IMG/VR virus record: IMGVR_UViG_3300020044_004940
Coordinates: 1-25,429 of that record
DNA from: a virus
Taxonomy: Duplodnaviria > Caudoviricetes
Reading direction: 5' to 3' (one strand)
Length of the DNA: 25,429 bases
This document shows positions 23,291 to 25,429 of this stretch, piece after piece. Made by a program: the position numbers and the translations under genes. How positions within the stretch are numbered: the stretch's first letter is position 1; every line of letters begins with the position of its first letter. The notes under the pieces are model-generated. The model saw nothing but the letters and a program-made list of their open reading frames with translations, was not told where the DNA came from and made no database searches.

Positions 23291-23565
23291 CCTTAAGTAG
23301 ATACGTATCGCGGTAAATATCGGCAAATCTAAGTTGCAAGTCTTTGATTTTGTTTAGAAAAATGGCTATTTATGATAAGTAGAAAATTTGGCCTGTATAA
23401 GACATATTCATACCCATAGGAGAGGGTCCCTATAGGGGGTATAGGACATATGATAATATATTATATATATATATCTACTTTCTACTTATAACTCTTTTCC
23501 TTTTCAGATCATGGGCTTACAAGTTAGAAACGTCCGATATATTGGCGATACATTACTACTTAAGG
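23291..23565. other. Putative replication origin: AT-rich region with nested inverted repeats
   Basis: Outer imperfect ~58-bp arms, inner perfect 11-bp arms, central palindrome CCCTATAGGG and a (TA)n tract; immediately downstream of the replication gene. Confidence 0.65.
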
Positions 23566-23582
23566 TTTTTGGTTTTTCCCGC

Positions 23583-23612
23583 TTGACCCCACCCTCTTTT
23601 GTGTTGCATGAT
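23583..23612 (+). promoter_or_regulatory. Sigma70-like promoter
   Basis: TTGACC-N18-CATGAT upstream of the AGGGAG RBS and ATG 23637. Confidence 0.45.
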
Positions 23613-23636
23613 ACAGCAACGAACAGGGAGACTGAC

Positions 23637-23834
23637 ATGACCGTGGCCAAGACAATCGAACTCGCAAACGCTCACGCCAAGAACGGCAACGTCGAGGGTG
23701 CGTGCCGCATCCTCGTTAGCGCTATGCGCGCGGCAAAATCCAATCGCTCACAGTGGGCCTTTGATATCGCCAAGGCCCGCATCCTCGACGCAGCCGTTGA
23801 CGCCACCGTGGCGCGCTCGCAGGCCCGCGCATGA
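23637..23834 (+). CDS. Hypothetical protein
   Basis: AGGGAG RBS; MTVAKTIELAN... Confidence 0.7.
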   Translation: MTVAKTIELANAHAKNGNVEGACRILVSAMRAAKSNRSQWAFDIAKARILDAAVDATVARSQARA

Positions 23835-24139
23835 CCGCCGCCCTTCACAACCCGCACGGGACAGCCTTTGGGCTGATGGACAAGGTGTATGGCCCCGGAA
23901 CCGCCGCCGCGCTGCGGGATAGCGGCGGGCCGTGGGAGGTGTTCTACCATGACGGTCTTTGGACATTGGCCACCGCCCCGACTTGGCATGCTGCCGCTGC
24001 ATATCGCCTCAAGCCGCAGCCCCCGAAGCCGAGGGAGTGGTGGGTTGTTGGCGGCTGCGAGGCTTGGGACAACGAAGAAGAGGCGCGGAACTATGCCCTA
24101 AGCCGCGATGTTGTCCACGTTCGGGAGGTCATCGAATGA
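23831..24139 (+). CDS. Hypothetical protein
   Basis: ATGA overlaps; 'PTW.....YRLKPQPPKPREWW...HVREVIE' phage accessory-type motif. Confidence 0.75.
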   Translation: MTAALHNPHGTAFGLMDKVYGPGTAAALRDSGGPWEVFYHDGLWTLATAPTWHAAAAYRLKPQPPKPREWWVVGGCEAWDNEEEARNYALSRDVVHVREVIE

Positions 24140-24300
24140 CCGCCGAGGAAATGAAAAACCTGCACGCAGCCGAAAACGCAGCGCGCCGTGCAGGTGAACG
24201 CCTCAACGTCCGCTTCGGGGATGTCTGGGGACACGCAGACCTGCTGGAACTCATCGAAGACCTCAAGCGCCGCGTTGATGAATTGGAAGCCAGAGCATGA
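24136..24300 (+). CDS. Small coiled-coil hypothetical protein
   Basis: GGAGG RBS; ATGA overlaps at both ends. Confidence 0.7.
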   Translation: MTAEEMKNLHAAENAARRAGERLNVRFGDVWGHADLLELIEDLKRRVDELEARA

Positions 24301-24635
24301 CCCCACAAGCCGCCATCCTTAAAGCCCTGAAGGCAGGTCCGAAGCTTCCTGCCGAACTCCGCGCAGCCGTGGGCATCGAACGCCAAAAGCTGGCCAACGA
24401 AATCAAAACACTCCTGCGCACCGGCAAGATCAGCCGCCAAGCCATCAGCGCAGGCCGGTGGAAATACTTCTACGGCAAGACCGCGCCAGAGTGGACAGGC
24501 TACAAGCCTGAAACCCGCAAGCCACCAGCAACCACCGCCCACGCCATGCCCGTCAAGCGCATCGAATTCGCAGCAGACTGCGGGCGCATGAATAGGGTCA
24601 CGCTTCCCATGCTGCCTTGGGAGGTCAGGACGTGA
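24297..24635 (+). CDS. Basic protein with a probable winged-helix N-terminus
   Basis: 'ILKALKAGPK..AELRAAVGI......EIKTLLRTGKI'; C-terminal 'VTLPMLPWE'. Confidence 0.65.
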   Translation: MTPQAAILKALKAGPKLPAELRAAVGIERQKLANEIKTLLRTGKISRQAISAGRWKYFYGKTAPEWTGYKPETRKPPATTAHAMPVKRIEFAADCGRMNRVTLPMLPWEVRT

Positions 24636-25195
24636 CTTGGCTCATAGCCTGCGAATACTCTGGCCGCGTCCGCGATGCCATGCTGGCCATCGGAATTGAC
24701 GCCGTGTCATGCGATCTGCTGCCGTCCGAGGCAGACGGCCCGCACATCCAAGGCGACGTGACAGAGCAACTGCACCGCCGCTGGGATGGCGTCATTGCCC
24801 ACCCGCCATGCACGCGCCTCTGCAACAGCGGCGTCCGGTGGCTTCATGAGCGCGACCTGTGGCAAGACATGGCAGAGGCAGCCGCATTCTTCCGGGCATG
24901 TCTCAACGCAAACGCGCCGCGCGTGGCCGTGGAAAACCCGGTCATGCACCGTTATGGGCTGCAAGCCGTTGGGCATCGCCCAGACTTCACCATCCAGCCG
25001 TGGCAATTCGGAGATCCGTTCACCAAGCGCACATGCTTCTGGACGCGCAACCTTCCACCGTTGCACCCCACAAACATCGTCACCGAGCGCAAAGCCGCTT
25101 GCCACCTCGCAAGCCCCGGACCAGATCGCTGGAAAGAGCGCAGCCGCACCTATCCCGGAATTGCAGCCGCAATCGCAAGCCAATGGACGCAATGA
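24632..25195 (+). CDS. Short phage DNA (cytosine-5) methyltransferase-like protein
   Basis: 'LIACEYSG.VRDA', 'SCD', 'IQGDV', 'AHPPCT' (catalytic PC), 'ENPV', 'QPWQFG', 'RSRTYPGIAAAIASQW'; GGAGG RBS before GTG 24632. Confidence 0.75.
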   Translation: MTWLIACEYSGRVRDAMLAIGIDAVSCDLLPSEADGPHIQGDVTEQLHRRWDGVIAHPPCTRLCNSGVRWLHERDLWQDMAEAAAFFRACLNANAPRVAVENPVMHRYGLQAVGHRPDFTIQPWQFGDPFTKRTCFWTRNLPPLHPTNIVTERKAACHLASPGPDRWKERSRTYPGIAAAIASQWTQ

Positions 25196-25196
25196 A

Positions 25197-25429
25197 ATGA
25201 ACCCCGCTCTCGTTAAATCTTTCTGGCATCGCACCCGCAACAAGCCGCTCCCCTGGACGTCGCAGGAAATCGCCAACCGCCTCGGCATCCCGCTTGCCGA
25301 CGCCATCGACGCGCTATGCGTCCACGCCCAACTCGGCATCACCAAAGCCGAGAGAAAGAACAGAAAAGAGGGGGCCTCAATCTGGGCGCTTACCAAGATG
25401 GGTGAAAAGACAGTCGCGCATATGATCCG
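25197..25429 (+). CDS. 3'-truncated HTH-like protein (not in the ORF track)
   Basis: MNPALVKSFWHRTRNKPLPWTSQEIANRLGIPLADAIDAL...; open to the window end. Confidence 0.6.
   Translation, partial: MNPALVKSFWHRTRNKPLPWTSQEIANRLGIPLADAIDALCVHAQLGITKAERKNRKEGASIWALTKMGEKTVAHMI

Noticed and set aside
23291-23565. Protelomerase telRL site, MITE or CRISPR array
   Set aside because: The symmetry is blockwise and imperfect with only a 10-bp central palindrome. There is no protelomerase or transposase, no target-site duplication and no regularly spaced direct repeats.
23511-23636. N-terminal extension of ORF 23511..23834
   Set aside because: It runs through the origin arm and promoter; the RBS supports ATG 23637.

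Overview
This is a 25.4-kb fragment of a tailed dsDNA phage genome with podovirus-like structural genes. It is GC-rich (roughly 60% by eye) and infects a Gram-negative host, probably an alphaproteobacterium (inference). On the + strand (1-11542) is a virion and lysis operon: two internal virion/ejection-type genes, a P22-like portal, scaffold, major capsid protein, decoration proteins, a fibre with small accessory genes, an amidase endolysin, holin(s) and an overlapping spanin pair. On the - strand (11681-15110) is a tightly coupled string of small accessory genes, including a Lar-like protein and a lipoprotein. Next come an RHH regulator and a leftward recombination operon (AAA ATPase, SSB-like protein, YqaJ exonuclease, a low-GC PD-(D/E)XK nuclease, SF2 helicase, VRR-NUC). 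A rightward block follows: Cro-like HTH, a P-loop replication protein, a symmetric AT-rich origin candidate, small genes and a C5-methyltransferase-like gene. No terminase, integrase, CI repressor, CRISPR array, tRNA or reverse transcriptase is visible. The most interesting signals are non-coding: two promoter-driven, ORF-less structured RNA candidates (about 11552-11641 on -, about 15222-15356 on +), two structured leaders sharing UUGGAGC, and a ~275-bp nested inverted-repeat origin. Bases 1-116 are an exact inverted copy of 5354-5469 and are most likely a chimera artefact. All product calls come from motif recognition by eye; no database searches were run.
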